Positions 39,150-50,785 of a DNA stretch of 64,000 nucleotides are shown here, piece after piece. The notes under the pieces are model-generated. The model ran no database searches, was not told the DNA's origin, and saw nothing but the letters and a program-made list of their open reading frames with translations. Every line of letters begins with the position of its first letter. Position 1 is the first letter of the stretch. A program made the translations under genes and the position numbers. Source of the stretch: Raillietiella orientalis (lineage: Eukaryota); assembly GCA_036172245.1 (NCBI GenBank), contig JAYWIR010000006.1, positions 1-64,000 on the forward strand. The letters are read 5' to 3'.

Positions 39150-40480
39150 TACATCCGGGTGGCGGCAAGCCAATGCGAAAGGCCAAACTATGGTATGGAG
39201 TACACCTTCCAAAGGTGGTCTTCGGAACGGCCTTTGCTAGGTTGAACAATAGAAAACACCAGAGGAGTGGGAAAGCTGCAGAGAAAGACATTGTGGGGAC
39301 ACTATTGCCCAAGAGTCCGGTTGAAACAACTGTGTCGTCCTAGGGAAGAAGGCGGCTCCGGGATAAAGTCGCTTGCACATTCCATGGAAATCATGAATAC
39401 GCGACACATCTTGGATATCGCTACTCACTGGGATGACTGGCCGTACGCGGCGCATAGGGCATACGCCTTGTTGTTGAACAACTCGAAAGGCATGATGACT
39501 GCGCTGCTAGGCCGAACAGGAGAATGGAGAACCATCGACCCCACCTGGATAAGAAAACAAAGGCTAGTGCGAAAGCGCAAGATAAAAATCGTGCCTAAAA
39601 GTAGGGAACTCTGGCAGAAGGAATCCATCCTGGTGATCCCATGGATGCTTCCGGTCCCCCAAGACACGAGAAGCTGGATCTACCACCGTTCCAGAGTTAC
39701 CCTACAACGCATCCAGGGGTTCAGAAGAGGAGGATACCCACATCACACTTGTATACTCCGGTATAGAGAGATGATGTTAGGTAGGTTTACCAACAAGACC
39801 CGCGAAGTTTGGAAAAACCACAACAACTTCGCATGGTCCAGGGTAACCAAGATGAACCTCGGAAGAATTATTTAAGATGAAGACCAAGACACCAGTGCCC
39901 TCCAAGAAGCCGCCGATAGCTACGGGAGTAACAGTTTGAACCTGTTGGCGATTGGCACGACACTCTGGAGGAGTGACCTTCCGCCGGACACCCAGGACAA
40001 CCTCCTGATGTTTTATCATGGAGCAATCCAGAGCGGGTCCAGGCTCAAGCACTTCGCCGTAAGACAGGCAGATGAAGACTGCACGGCATGTGGATACATC
40101 GATACGAGACTTCACGTCTTGACGGGTCCCACTTTGCTACGCGACTGGCTGATCCTGAAAAGGATCAAAAGACTAAACAACAAGTGTGTGATGGAAATGC
40201 TCGCCGGGATGTATCAGGGAGATGGTAATGTTCCCTTTTTCAATCCCATGGTGAGGACGACCATTGTCCTCTTCATCACCGCCATACTTGTGCGGTGGTG
40301 GAAGATAAGGAAAGCCGGAAGAACCGGAACCCCCATGGAGGTCCTCCAAGGACTCATCCGGAAGGAGATCGGTATCAGAAACTGTGGACGACTCCAAGCC
40401 TGGAATGCCGATTCATCCTGAAGAGGATTGAGGACGACGGCCGGGACCAAACATCTGGAAACCCACACTGAGTGCAGAAG
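39150..40480 (+). mobile_element. Second, distinct L1/Tx1-type LINE family: ORF2 C-terminal fragment
   Basis: KLWYG..., LWGHYCPRVRLKQLCRPREEGGSGI (post-RT P..EGGLG motif), CTACGYIDTRLHVL (zf-RVT-like); sequence unlike subfamilies A and B. Confidence 0.75.
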
Positions 40481-40544
40481 TTTAAATAACCCAAAGGACC
40501 TTCAAGTGAAAGAGGTATTGTATTGTGTGAATGGAAATTGTAGT

Positions 40545-41274
40545 ATGAATGTTTAAAAATTGAAACATAAATTTACCCCACCTCTTGTGGGACTTTGTGA
40601 AAATCGCGGCAAGTCAACGATCTCAAAGTTAATTGCTGGGATGGAAAATCCAAAATCTGGCACCATTTTTCTAAATGATAGGCCAGTTGCAAGTAGCCAC
40701 ACATCAATTGCAATAGAGCACAGGAATGTCGGATGGATTTTTCAACATTCTGCTCTGTTTCCTCACAAAACAGTAGTAGAGAATGTAACTTTCGCTATTC
40801 GTAGCTCTTATAACAAAGCAAAGTATCTCACTGCATTGGAAATCTTGTAGCTATTAAACACAGAAGAATATGAAAATATGTATTCTAATGCCCTACCCGG
40901 AGGGCAACAACAATTAGTTGCAATAGTAAGAGTAATGGCGCAAAATCCTGATGTTGTGTTGCTCGATGAGCCATTTTCTATCTTAGATACACTGTCAAAG
41001 TGCCGAATAAGACATCATATATTGTTTCTTTTTAGAAGTAAAAATACCCCCATGTTGATGGTAACTCACGATCCGCAAGAAGCATTAAAGGTCGCACATT
41101 TTATGTTCGTGATGAAAAGCGGTAAAATGATCCAATCAGGAGTTTCCAGTGATATACATATATCATAGTCCTAAAGATCATACGCTGGCAAAGTTCTTCT
41201 TCAGTGACTGCTCTTCTATTTTACAGTTAGGTGATGAGCTTCCGTTGGATGGTATACTTGCTGCAAGAAAATAA
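40545..41274 (+). pseudogene. ABC transporter ATP-binding subunit (PotA/FbpC-like) pseudogene
   Basis: Decayed Walker A (ENRGKST), FQHSALFPHKTVVENV, LPGGQQQ, LLDEPFS, MVTHD; internal TAG at 40848-40850. Confidence 0.88.
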
Positions 41275-41415
41275 TCTAGATTGAAATTATTATAAAATAG
41301 AACCAAACACAAAAAAATTTCGATCTATAACAAAATAGGGTGACATGATTCATGTGTTACTTGACTTCAGTCAGGTTTCCTTTTCCAAAAGTTAATATTT
41401 TAAATAGAGGTACAA

Positions 41416-41559
41416 ATGAGCTTGGGACCATGGCGATTGTTTCTAGTCTTAATAATAATCTTAGTTCCGTTTGGCGCAGATAGGTTCCCACAAGTTATGG
41501 GTGATCTGGGAAAAGGCAATAAAAACCTTAAACAAGGACTCGGAGAAACTGTCATCTAA
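41416..41559 (+). pseudogene. tatA: Twin-arginine translocase TatA, probably degenerate
   Basis: MSLGPWRLFLVLIIILVPFGADRFPQVMGDLGKGNKNLKQG; agagg Shine-Dalgarno-like sequence upstream. Confidence 0.8.
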
Positions 41560-41689
41560 CGAGCCAGATCGTGAGCGTCTTTATACTTTGTGACGCGTAC
41601 TTTAGTGCGTGTCATCTGTTTGAAAACTTGAACTAGCTAAAGAGTAGATTGAAATACTGCGGTAATTATGTTAGTTAGAAGGAATCATT

Positions 41690-42360
41690 TTGTTAAAGGA
41701 ATTAATTGGGCAAAAAAGTGGGGAATCAACCGAAAATAGAAAATTAGCTCCTGATACTCTAAAAAAGGTTGCAGACACCAACAATGCCAATAGTGATAAA
41801 GTAACACTGTTTGACAGAAAAACCGCTTTGCATGAGCGCTGTTTTGGTATTTTAATAATTATCTTCTCTTTGCCACTATCAGTACCCATGTCGGTTCCAC
41901 CTAGCTATACAACTCTACTTTCTATACCTCTGATCCTATTCTCACTGCAGCTTCTGTTGGGGTTTGATTCTCCTGGATGCCTCGCTGGTTGGAAAGAAAA
42001 GTCTTTTCAACGATCAACACTAGCTGTTGTGGTAGAAAGAACTTCTGCTCCAAGAAAAATAGAAAAGTTCATGAAACCGAGAATGTCTTTCATTTTCTGC
42101 GGGCCAGGTGAAAAGATTTTAGCTTTCCTAATGCTGCTTTGTGCATTATCAATAGCCATTCCGGTGCCCCTAAGTAACTTTATGCCTGCAATTGGCCAAC
42201 TCTCATTTCACTTGGTATTATGAGTAAAGATGGGCTTCTCTCTATACTGGGAGTCTTAGTATCTCTATGCGGCTTGCTATTTACCCTTGTTGTAATAGTT
42301 AAAGGACCACAGATCATACTGGGAGCATTTTCTTTTCTAAAAAGTTTTGTATATGGTTAG
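41690..42360 (+). pseudogene. exoD: ExoD-family exopolysaccharide synthesis protein pseudogene
   Basis: LHERCFGILIIIFSLP...IPVPLSNFMPAIG; frameshifted tail MSKDGLLSILG; stop overlaps the cysS start. Confidence 0.8.
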
Positions 42361-42537
42361 GCTCTATAGCACCTCAACCCAAAAAACAGAGCCTTTTATA
42401 CCGATCGACAAAGATCCTGTAAAAATGTACGTTTGCGGACCAACGGTATATGACACGGCACACATAGGTAATGAGCGTTCCGTTGTTGTTTACGACGTAT
42501 TATTTCAACTGCTTAAATTTTGTTATGGCAAAGTTAT
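42353..42537 (+). pseudogene. cysS: Cysteinyl-tRNA synthetase N-terminal fragment
   Basis: [28 protein letters not shown]; truncated after YGKV. Confidence 0.9.
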
Positions 42538-43264
42538 TTCTTTTTCTTCCTTGGAAGCGATGTTTTTCACTATCACTGCACTCAATTGATATGCTAGAAT
42601 TGCCCATTATTTCCAGCTAGTTCGTGTAATTGACATGGCGTTACGAGTTCTATTTTTCCACTGCTTTCAAGAAATTCCAATTCATTTCTGGTTTCGGCAA
42701 CAGAAGGAAATTACTTCGTTCGATGTATCACGTAAATTTTCTTTGCAACTTTAGAAAGCTCTGTGGTCCTATCAGCCGCAGAATCCCCTCCACCTGCAAT
42801 GACTATCGTTTTATCCTGAAAATCAGGAATTTTATTTAAGCTATAAAATACAGATTTATTTTCATATTCTAATATACCGCCAAGGGGTGGGCGGTTATGC
42901 TCAAACATTGCATTTCCTGCAGCAATGACAACAGCTTTGCATTTCACTTCTGTGCCTATGTTCGTTATTACAGTAAAGTGTTGACCGCCGTTATCCGAGA
43001 CTTTTTCCACCTTTTTTGACTCAAGTGGTAAACAGGCTCAAATGGCGAGGCTTGCTCCATCAACTGTTCAATTAGCTTTTGAGCAGTAATTATAGGTTGG
43101 CCAGGTATATCGCATATGGTTTTTTCTGGGTAAAGAGCGGTACATTGCCCTCCCGCTTGATCCAAAACATCTATGATCTGACATTTGATATCGAGCATCC
43201 CTGCTTGAAAAGCAGTGAATATTCCAACGGGTCCTGCACCTATTATTACAATGTCAGTTTCCAT
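42538..43264 (-). pseudogene. Ferredoxin-NADP reductase / thioredoxin-reductase-family pseudogene, 3'-truncated
   Basis: [51 protein letters not shown]; frameshifts near 43010 and 42715. Confidence 0.9.
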
Positions 43265-43269
43265 ATCAG

Positions 43270-43855
43270 GTGATAATTTATTTAGATATTAGCTTTCTTT
43301 GCGAGCAAGCTCAATCGCTTACAAATATCACATTCTTGCATGGGTTTCAACAGCGTGCTACGCACATACCCAACATGAAAGAACTACTTGACGAATTTTT
43401 TCAACTCCCTTATTATAAGACTGAAGCTGTGCAGATAAATCGGCAAAATCTCATATATCTGAAGCATAATTGTGAAACTTCAAATTTGTGTAGTAAAAAC
43501 ATAAAATGTGAAAGTCAAACGATAGGCAATGTTGGCAAGGGAATGCCAACATCCAAGTCCAATTACACAAGCGGATCTGTTAATGAGCACAAGATGGATA
43601 ATCTTTGTAATGAGCTTGCAGAGGTGGTGGCTCAAACAAAATCTCAAAGCGGGTTTTCCTAAAGTTGCTCATTTTTCAGTTCCACCGGAAACTAATGGAA
43701 AGTCTCATGCTAGTGCTGAGCGTGAACCTCAGCAAAGTTCTGTGAATGATGCTCAAGAAAATCCGAAATCAAAATTTACCGATGTAGTTCATGAACGTGT
43801 AGGTCAATCAGTGGGAAGAAATGATAAAAAAAAAAGTGGAATGCCTCGAGGTTAA
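43270..43855 (+). pseudogene. Frameshifted hypothetical gene within the bacterial-type insertion
   Basis: Two overlapping AT-rich ORFs (43270-43662, 43529-43855) divergent from the reductase; no recognisable domain. Confidence 0.4.
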
Positions 43856-43904
43856 GTCCTAATATGTTAGACGCTTTCTTTTTCTTGTCATTTCGGCATT
43901 TTTT

Positions 43905-44101
43905 TCCTGTCATTCCAGTGCTTCTCTTTTGTCACTCGGGTAGCGGACACGGGAATCTAGAAATGCATTGGGTTTAGTAGCATAGGTTTTACAAGAAATA
44001 ATGAGTGTTTTTGTAAAATTGTGAAGAAAGGTGGATCCTAGTGTCAGCTACTTGGATGACAAAGGGGATGGATGTCACTCCAGCGTGTGACGCTGGAATC
44101 T
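43905..44101. repeat. Cluster of Wolbachia/Rickettsiales-type short palindromic repeats
   Basis: tgtcattccagtgct, tgtcactcgggtagcggacacgggaatc, ggatcctagtgtcagctacttggatgaca, tgtcactccagcgtgtgacgctggaatc resemble the TGTCATCCCAGTGCGTGACACTGGGATC family as recalled. Confidence 0.75.
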
Positions 44102-44423
44102 GGGAGCAGAAAAAAACGAACAAAACGTTTTGGAAAAAAATTTGAAAAAAGGGTTTACACTTGAATTTGTTCTTGGTATACTAATTGCAGAATATTTTTA
44201 CTGGGGGTTAATATGCATGGTAGCAAAGATAATGAACGTAGCAATATATGGCCTTCACATAGAAAGGTTGGTCCTGATAAGTATAAAAACTACGAGCGGC
44301 AACGCGAAAGCAGCAAGCCTGACACACAACTAGGTAGTAGCAGTTCTACTAATGCTAGTAGTAGTAAAGGTAAAGACAAGAGTAAGTAATTTTTTTTTGT
44401 GACAATTTTAATGGGAGTGGATT

Positions 44424-44897
44424 ATGCCTAAGAATAATTTTGTAATAGAGTTGGTTGACGCATTGAATTTGTGTAATTATTATTTTGATGATATTTACAC
44501 TAATTTTACTGTAGAAGGGAAAAGGATTGTTGGTTCATTTGTTTCTAGTACTGATATAGAAGAGTGTTCTCAAAAAGTAAAAGAAGAAATAATAAAACGA
44601 CACTATGGTACTGAATGGGCAGCAGAGAAATATAACAATTTAAAGTGTTTTCCATTTGTTATAGGTGATTAGAGGAAAAATCATACAGATTTAGAGGTGG
44701 AGTTTGCAGGTTCTATAAATAGTGAAGTAATTCGTAACTTGAAGATTTATTTTACTCGAGAGTTTATGATGAAGGTAAATGCAAAAGTAGCTGTAAATCT
44801 AGAAGAAAGGGGATTAATGATGGTGGAAGAGGGTCATGAGTGTGGAAAAGGATCTGTTCAACTAGAAAGAACAGACAGATCTTCCCCTTATTTATAG
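44424..44897 (+). pseudogene. Hypothetical bacterial-type gene with an internal stop
   Basis: ORFs 44424-44672 and 44697-44897 are in the same frame, separated by one TAG; gggag upstream. Confidence 0.45.
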
Positions 44898-45068
44898 TGT
44901 ATACCTTTTGGCGATGGGTATTGTAAAATGAAGGGGTATCCTTCAAGATTTCTTGAAATATTAAAAAAATATATATGTTACAGCATTTGAAGAAAAATTG
45001 GAAGAATGCAGTCTTGAAAAGGTTCAGACATTTATGAAGGTAGAGATAATGAATTATACATAAAAGAC

Positions 45069-45880
45069 ATGACCAACATAAATGTTATCAAGAATATAGC
45101 AGAACGTCTTAGAGAACGAATAGCGCTTGATTTTAAAACTCCAGGCACAGAAGATTCTAAAGTTGAGAATTTTAAGGATATCCTTAGTAGTTTAATTTTT
45201 ACATGGGCTGTGAAATGGATTAGTGCTTGTGAATGTATAGAGAGTGGTGATAGTTTTTTCCTGATACCTATAGCAAAAAGGTATGGTGATCAGCTTGAAT
45301 CTTTAAAACTCAGGGACTTGTACAAAACTAATGTAAAACGTAAGAATTTTCTATGTGATATTAAAGGTAAGGCTGCAGATCCAGACATTGATAATTGTGA
45401 AGACCCTGTTTATGCGATCCCTAATAAAAAAATTGCTGAGGTACTTCCTAAAATTATGCAATCTCCGTTTGCGTATAATGAAAGAACTGGACATTTTGAA
45501 TTTGCAGCTGATCTTGGGCCAAGTTCAAGTGTGGGGTCTCCCAGCTGTTCCAATATCTTCTAAAGTGCCTCTGCCTCAGCTGGGGACAGGAGTGGGGGTA
45601 GCTGTTCCTCTCACTTCAAAGTTTGATCAGAATAAGAATCCGGATGAGGGTTATGATTCTATGCAAAATTCATCACAATCTGTAAATGCTAGAGTTCCAT
45701 GAGATGTTGAAGGAATAAAAGAAAGGCGTAATAGTGATGGACGTAATCTTGACGGCGTTTCTGTAGATAGTGCTCTTCTGAATTGCATGTATTGCAGCCT
45801 GCAAGTGGAATGGATCAAACAGATGATATTGGTGTGTACGCTTCACAAGAACTTCTTACCAGTGATCTTGAAGATCCTGC
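45069..45880 (+). pseudogene. Frameshifted hypothetical bacterial-type gene (right edge of the insertion)
   Basis: 164-aa ORF continuing as Ser/Asp-rich coding-like sequence in shifted frames up to ~45880. Confidence 0.4.
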
Positions 45881-45919
45881 TTGAAAAGCGATAGCAATGG
45901 GTCCCCTTCCTATAAGATA

Positions 45920-45966
45920 ATCGCTTCTCGCCTTTTGGCTAAGATCAAAGTTCTTATCAGCTTAAT
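45920..45966 (+). ncRNA. U2: U2 snRNA 5' fragment with an internal 11-nt deletion
   Basis: ATCGCTTCTCG-CCTTTTGGCTAAGATCAAAG[TGTAGTATCTG missing]TTCTTATCAGCTTAAT matches metazoan U2 nt ~1-59. Confidence 0.9.
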
Positions 45967-47325
45967 TTGTGTGTTTTTTTGTTCCTGTCGTGTGTTGAAC
46001 CCTGTCTCTAGTGATGTTTCCAGTGTTTTGTCTTTTTGTGTGTTGTTTTTTAATATGACCCCACTGCCTTTTTTTTACTAGTGGTCATTGTGTTGTGTGG
46101 CTTGTAGTTTTTCTGTGCTCTGTGTTTTGTTGTTTCAGTTTTTTTGTGTCGTGTGCCATTTGTTTTGTGTTGCTTAAATTTGTTTTATGTTTTTGGTCTT
46201 TATGTTGTCTTTTGTTATGTAGTTGCCTTTTTTATTGAATTCGATTTGTTTTTGTTTTTTTATGTATTCCTATGTACTGTATAAACCTTTTTCCTGTGTG
46301 CATTGTGCCTTGGGAAGTGAAATGAGTCGCTTCCGCAAGTAGTTACCGAAGCGCTGTCTGGAATTGTGTCCTGTCTGGGCAGTGTCTGCTGGTGACGTCT
46401 AGACTTACTGTGCCTACTCCTATTTAATAAAGTGTTTCATTGATTCCACTGTTAAGTTGTTATATGTTTTTGCAATCTGGTTTTGGTTTATTGCACTTGG
46501 GCTTCTTTATGTACGCAGTTTTTCCAAATTTTTTAGATTTAGTTGATGTTTTTTGCCTTTTTTCTTTTTTTTATCACTTGATCACTTGTGAAAAGACGTC
46601 TTTTATGGTCACAGTGGTTTTTCCACATGTTCGTTAGTTGCAAGAAAATTGTTCGAGAATAGCTTGTGAACTCGCTACTTGATGAGTACAAGTTCCAAGG
46701 GAAACAGCCGTTGTTGACGGTATTCCCCCTAAGTTTATGGAAACAGTTGAAAGGGTACAATTGGACCCACAGTCGCGTGTGTTTACCGTCCTTTACCCCA
46801 TAGCCTCACCGCTTAGCTGTGGTGTGGCTAATTGCAATTTTGCTACGCGAACAGCTGCTATACTTCAACAAATCAACTCTTTAAAAAGGCACTTTCGATC
46901 TGTACACGAACTAGAAGTGGATAGGGTGATTTACAAATGTCGTGTTTGCTTGAGACTTATAACTTGCAGAAGGCCCTCTGACCATCGATGCTTCGATGTG
47001 GATCTCCACATCGAAACCAATGAGCCCCCTCACGACCTTCCGTTGGAGAAAGATCCATGAGGTTTTCTTGCAAGAAGCCAGAATGTGGGATGGCATTCTC
47101 CTCGAGAAGGGGTTTGCTTAACCACCAAATCTGGCAGGACCGGATGGAAAGGAGGACACGTTCCCCTTCTCCTGCGGTGTGTTCCACCCAAGAAGAAGTG
47201 CAAGAACTTCAAGTAATTACTAGCTCTGAACACACGGATGTCCAAGCAAAGCAGGATACTGGCTTCTTTGGAAATCTGGACGAAATTATTGGGGAACTGC
47301 TAGAACAGTAGCCAACTGATGATAC
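45967..47325 (+). mobile_element. 5' portion of a Utopia/NeSL-like RLE retrotransposon (TG-rich 5'UTR + N-terminal zinc fingers)
   Basis: ORF 46737-47060 VLYPIASPLSCGVANC...SLKRHFRSVH...YKCRVC...PSDHRC, then frameshifted FSCKKPECGMAFSSRRGLLNH; directly follows the U2 fragment. Confidence 0.72.
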
Positions 47326-47349
47326 CATAATAAGGATGAGGATAACAGT

Positions 47350-47476
47350 AAATGCGGAGCTGTCGTTGATGCTCGGAATAAATATGGTAAAACTGCATTG
47401 CACTTTGCTGTTGAAGGAAGTCATGAAGAAGTGGTTAAGCAGCTTTTAAAGTGCGCAGCTGACATTGATGCTAAAA
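47350..47476 (+). pseudogene. Isolated ankyrin-unit fragment paralogous to 21614-23974
   Basis: ttgatgctcggaataaatatggtaaaactgcattgcactttgctg is identical to 22311-22355; translates KCGAVVDARNKYGKTALHFAVEGSHEEVVKQLLKCAADIDAK. Confidence 0.88.
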
Positions 47477-47670
47477 TGTGATCCCTTCCCTGCTCTCCAA
47501 ACTCTTTTTGATTCGTTATTTTTTATTTTGTTTTTATGTTTTCCCCGTCCCCTTTCACTGCCGAGGAGTGGCACGCCCTGCTGCGTTCCGTGGCCGCTAG
47601 TGGGTCGTTGTACCACCTAGTCTGTTGACCAAGAAGGTGTTCTAATAAACGTCCCGGCGTATCCGGGTGG
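47477..47670 (+). mobile_element. Solo LINE 3'UTR (subfamily A) from the ORF2 stop to the terminal hairpin
   Basis: tgtgatcccttccc, T-rich tract, gccgaggag, tggccgctagtggg...tgtaccac, aataaacgtcccggcgtatccgggtgg; matches 55221-55440 and 1844-2056. Confidence 0.85.
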
Positions 47671-48045
47671 CGACGTCTAATGGAAGATCTGGACAGCGAT
47701 GTTGCGGCGAAGTGGCAGGTTACTGTCACCATCTCCGAGAAGGATAAGAAGATAGGAGAGTAGAAGACGGGCGAGCTAACAGACTGCGATCCCGAGTACG
47801 CTTCCTCATGGACTTGCGCGCTGGGGCGCGCTGCTCGATGTTCCCATTGAACATCTGAAGTGACCCTTGTTGCTCAACTCCTTCACCCTCCCCTTAAAAC
47901 GGCAGGAGTCGGCTCTACTGTTGCAGCACTGGAGACTCCCTTGGAACGCCAGTCGACACCATTGGACCCGGGGAGCGGTGAACCCAAATTGTGTTAGGTG
48001 TGAGGTACAGGAGTCCCTCCCCAAAGAACTCTGGAGAAGACGTTC
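47671..48045 (+). mobile_element. LINE ORF2 internal fragment
   Basis: RWGALLDVP, LPLKRQESALLLQHWRLPWNASRHHWTRGAVNPNCVRCEVQESLP. Confidence 0.75.
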
Positions 48046-48444
48046 TTTGGACAGCAATGACCAGGAAGGCAAAGAGCATGCGTGGACGCGATCGCCTTCA
48101 AGTGTGCATGGAGGAACGAACTGCGTACGCTAAAAACGTGCCAAACACGTCCCGCTCAAGCGAAGAACAGGTGGCGCGTCGCTCTGCACGGCTTTTGCGG
48201 AAAAGTGCGATCGTCTTCGAACGGTATGACAATGTCGCCCCTGCAGTTGTCTCCTAGAATTTTACAGAAGTAAGCGCAACTGAGAACGCGACTGTAAGGA
48301 GGCGTTTCCCACGGCAACAGAGAGGAACATGCGAGCTGCAAGGTGCTGACTCCGAGAAGCAGTTGAATTCCTCTGCCACCGCAGGTGATACTCAATCCGT
48401 TGTGGGAAGGCGTAAGCCCAAGGCGGGTAGGCAGGTGTTAGAAT

Positions 48445-48860
48445 GTGGATAAAATGGAGCAGGAAGAGGGTATGGAAGTGGCCTCTCGCGACATCTCAAA
48501 GGAGGGCTGCAGAAGAGATTTCCATCCAAGGGGACATACGCACAAGTCCATGGATGACTTGGAGTGGCATGCATTCCCTGCATGCATGCCCCTCTCACCA
48601 AGGGGGGAGGAGGGTCCATCCATCATGTTCTTTGCCATGACGCCCTATCATGCTTCCTCTCGTCGTCTGCGATTCACCAGTTTGAATGCCAACGGTCTGC
48701 ACGACGACGAGAAGAGACGCTCGGTAGATGAAATCTTGCGCTTTTTCGATCTCCATCTGGCACAGGAGACGCATCAGACCTCCCATAAGGAAATCGGAGA
48801 TATCGAGAAAAGTGCGGAGAGAGCTGCATTGGTAGAATGGCACAGAGCACTGGTGCGAAA
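48445..48860 (+). mobile_element. LINE ORF1/ORF2 junction fragment with APE endonuclease start
   Basis: RLRFTSLNANGLHDDEKRRSVDEILRFFDLHLAQETH = APE domain I/II motifs (N.NG ... QETH). Confidence 0.75.
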
Positions 48861-50212
48861 GGTAACTTTCTGAAGAATGCTGGAACTGAAGAATTGCGAT
48901 TTTTTCAAATTTAATTTCTTTCTCCTGTGCAAGGAGGCATTTTTCACGAATTTTGTTAGATTTATAACGCATTTTGAGAAAATCAAACTGTGAGCAGCAT
49001 TATAGGAACAATCGAAATCGCCAACTATCACATATTCATTCACGAGAACCTGTCAGGTTATTCATTTGCACATGTGGCTTTCCGTATAATTTCTCTAAAG
49101 GCTTTTTTCCGCACGAGAATTCCTCAGTTTCTCCGAGTGCTGACTATGACATGGAACGTGTTTACCGGAAGCGCCATTTGACCCACAAAACAATTTGGAG
49201 CTTGTTGCTAGAAATCAATGATGGAAACATTAACCGGCATTTATTACATTTCTAAGAGGATTTGGCTACAATGGATGGTTTGGAGAGGAGTCAGCTACTC
49301 CCAAATTACGGGAGAATGATTTTAAATTGCTTGGAATAGGCTCGTAAGAACTTGGAGCAAGGGAATTTCTAGAAAAGCATTTTTTTGATAGAGGTAGGTT
49401 GTTACTGAGCTCTTAGAACTGTAGACCGATCAAGAGAAGAAGGCATCAGAAGATCTAGGGCTTGAAATAAGTTCATATTTTGGAATCCTATCAGCAGTTT
49501 TTCAAGGGTAAGCATAAAAAGAATTCCAAGAAGCAGGAAGAAAACAAATATGTGAGAATCTACAAAGAGATGGTTTTTAATATAAAAGAACCGTCGCAGT
49601 CAACGAAGGCGACACGAAAATTTTGCTTCAATTTCGTCAGCAGAATTTCACACAACTTGTCAGTAATGCTAATGTGCTGAAATCACTAAGCATTGACCAA
49701 AGAATTTTGGTCTTACAAATACAGTTTCCAAGGCACACACGCACCCACAACTACGAAAGTATACATAAGAAATCAAAGGGTGTGTTCAGAACATAAAAAA
49801 AATCAGTACTGATATTGATCTGCACCTCCTGGAGTTAGAACTAATCTTAGAACTCGATGTGGTGGTTTAGATGGTGGTGGTCTGATTGATTGTGGCGGAG
49901 GCGAAAGTGGGGACATTCATCATTGTTTGAAATAATTTGAAGTAGTGGTGCAATCCCTCATTCTTGAACACAGAGGTGTTCATTGGAGTTTCTATTGCAA
50001 CCAACACGAGCACCTAGTTTCCGGGGGATTTCCTCCTCGGACTACTCAAGGTGCGGAGCGTTGGAATCATTTCCGCACCTGCTATTGCACTGTGGTGCCC
50101 TTCAAGAACCGTGGTGGAACCTGCCTTCGGCGTCCTGCTCCAGGAAATAGTTCCAGCGATGTGATGCGGCAGTTCTTCACAGAAGGAGTCCTCTCTCCGA
50201 GCGTAATGGTTT

Positions 50213-50540
50213 CACACTCGGGTTCACCGGGCGTTTATTCTCTTACAGGAATCGATGGAAACGATGGCCCACCATTTTCAATTACAACACTAGAAAGAAG
50301 TAGGTTGAAACAAAAATAGAAAATGAAAACAAACTAGAACAAAAAAAACAAACAAATACAAAATTGGTAGGGGAGAAGGGAAGGTATCTCATTTCGTGGT
50401 GGGTGAGGCCTTTCCATCCGTTGAAGGATGCAGACGAGCTCCTCCTCCTCTCTTCTCAGGTGGAGTCACCTGGAAGCTATTTGCTGAAAGCGGATGGCGT
50501 GCAGGACAGATCCCCTTTCACTTGGGCCTCCGTCGGCGGC
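50213..50540 (-). mobile_element. LINE extreme 3' fragment
   Basis: Minus strand EEELVCILQRMERP (compare EDLEGILQRMDP), T-rich UTR, aataaacgcccggtgaacccgagtg at 50213-50239. Confidence 0.7.
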
Positions 50541-50785
50541 TCACTTTGCCGAAACCTGGTTTGGGCGGAAGTGTTTTTCGGTCACTCCGTCAGCGAGTGT
50601 CTGGGAAGGAACTTTACTTTCGTGTGAGGTGTTTAGGGTGAATCGTCGGTGTCCGATTGCAGCCTTTCCAGTGGACACTGCGATGGAGGTAGGTGTTGTG
50701 GAGGCCTGTTCACCCCCACAACCTGCAGAATGGGGGGTATCTGCCCCAGGATAACCCCCGCCGCCGGCGTGGAGCTGGAGCGCTA

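Noticed and set aside
36031..45880. Live Wolbachia contamination or a bacterial contig
   Set aside because: Essential genes are broken and eukaryotic LINEs interrupt the segment; a spliced host gene lies in the same window
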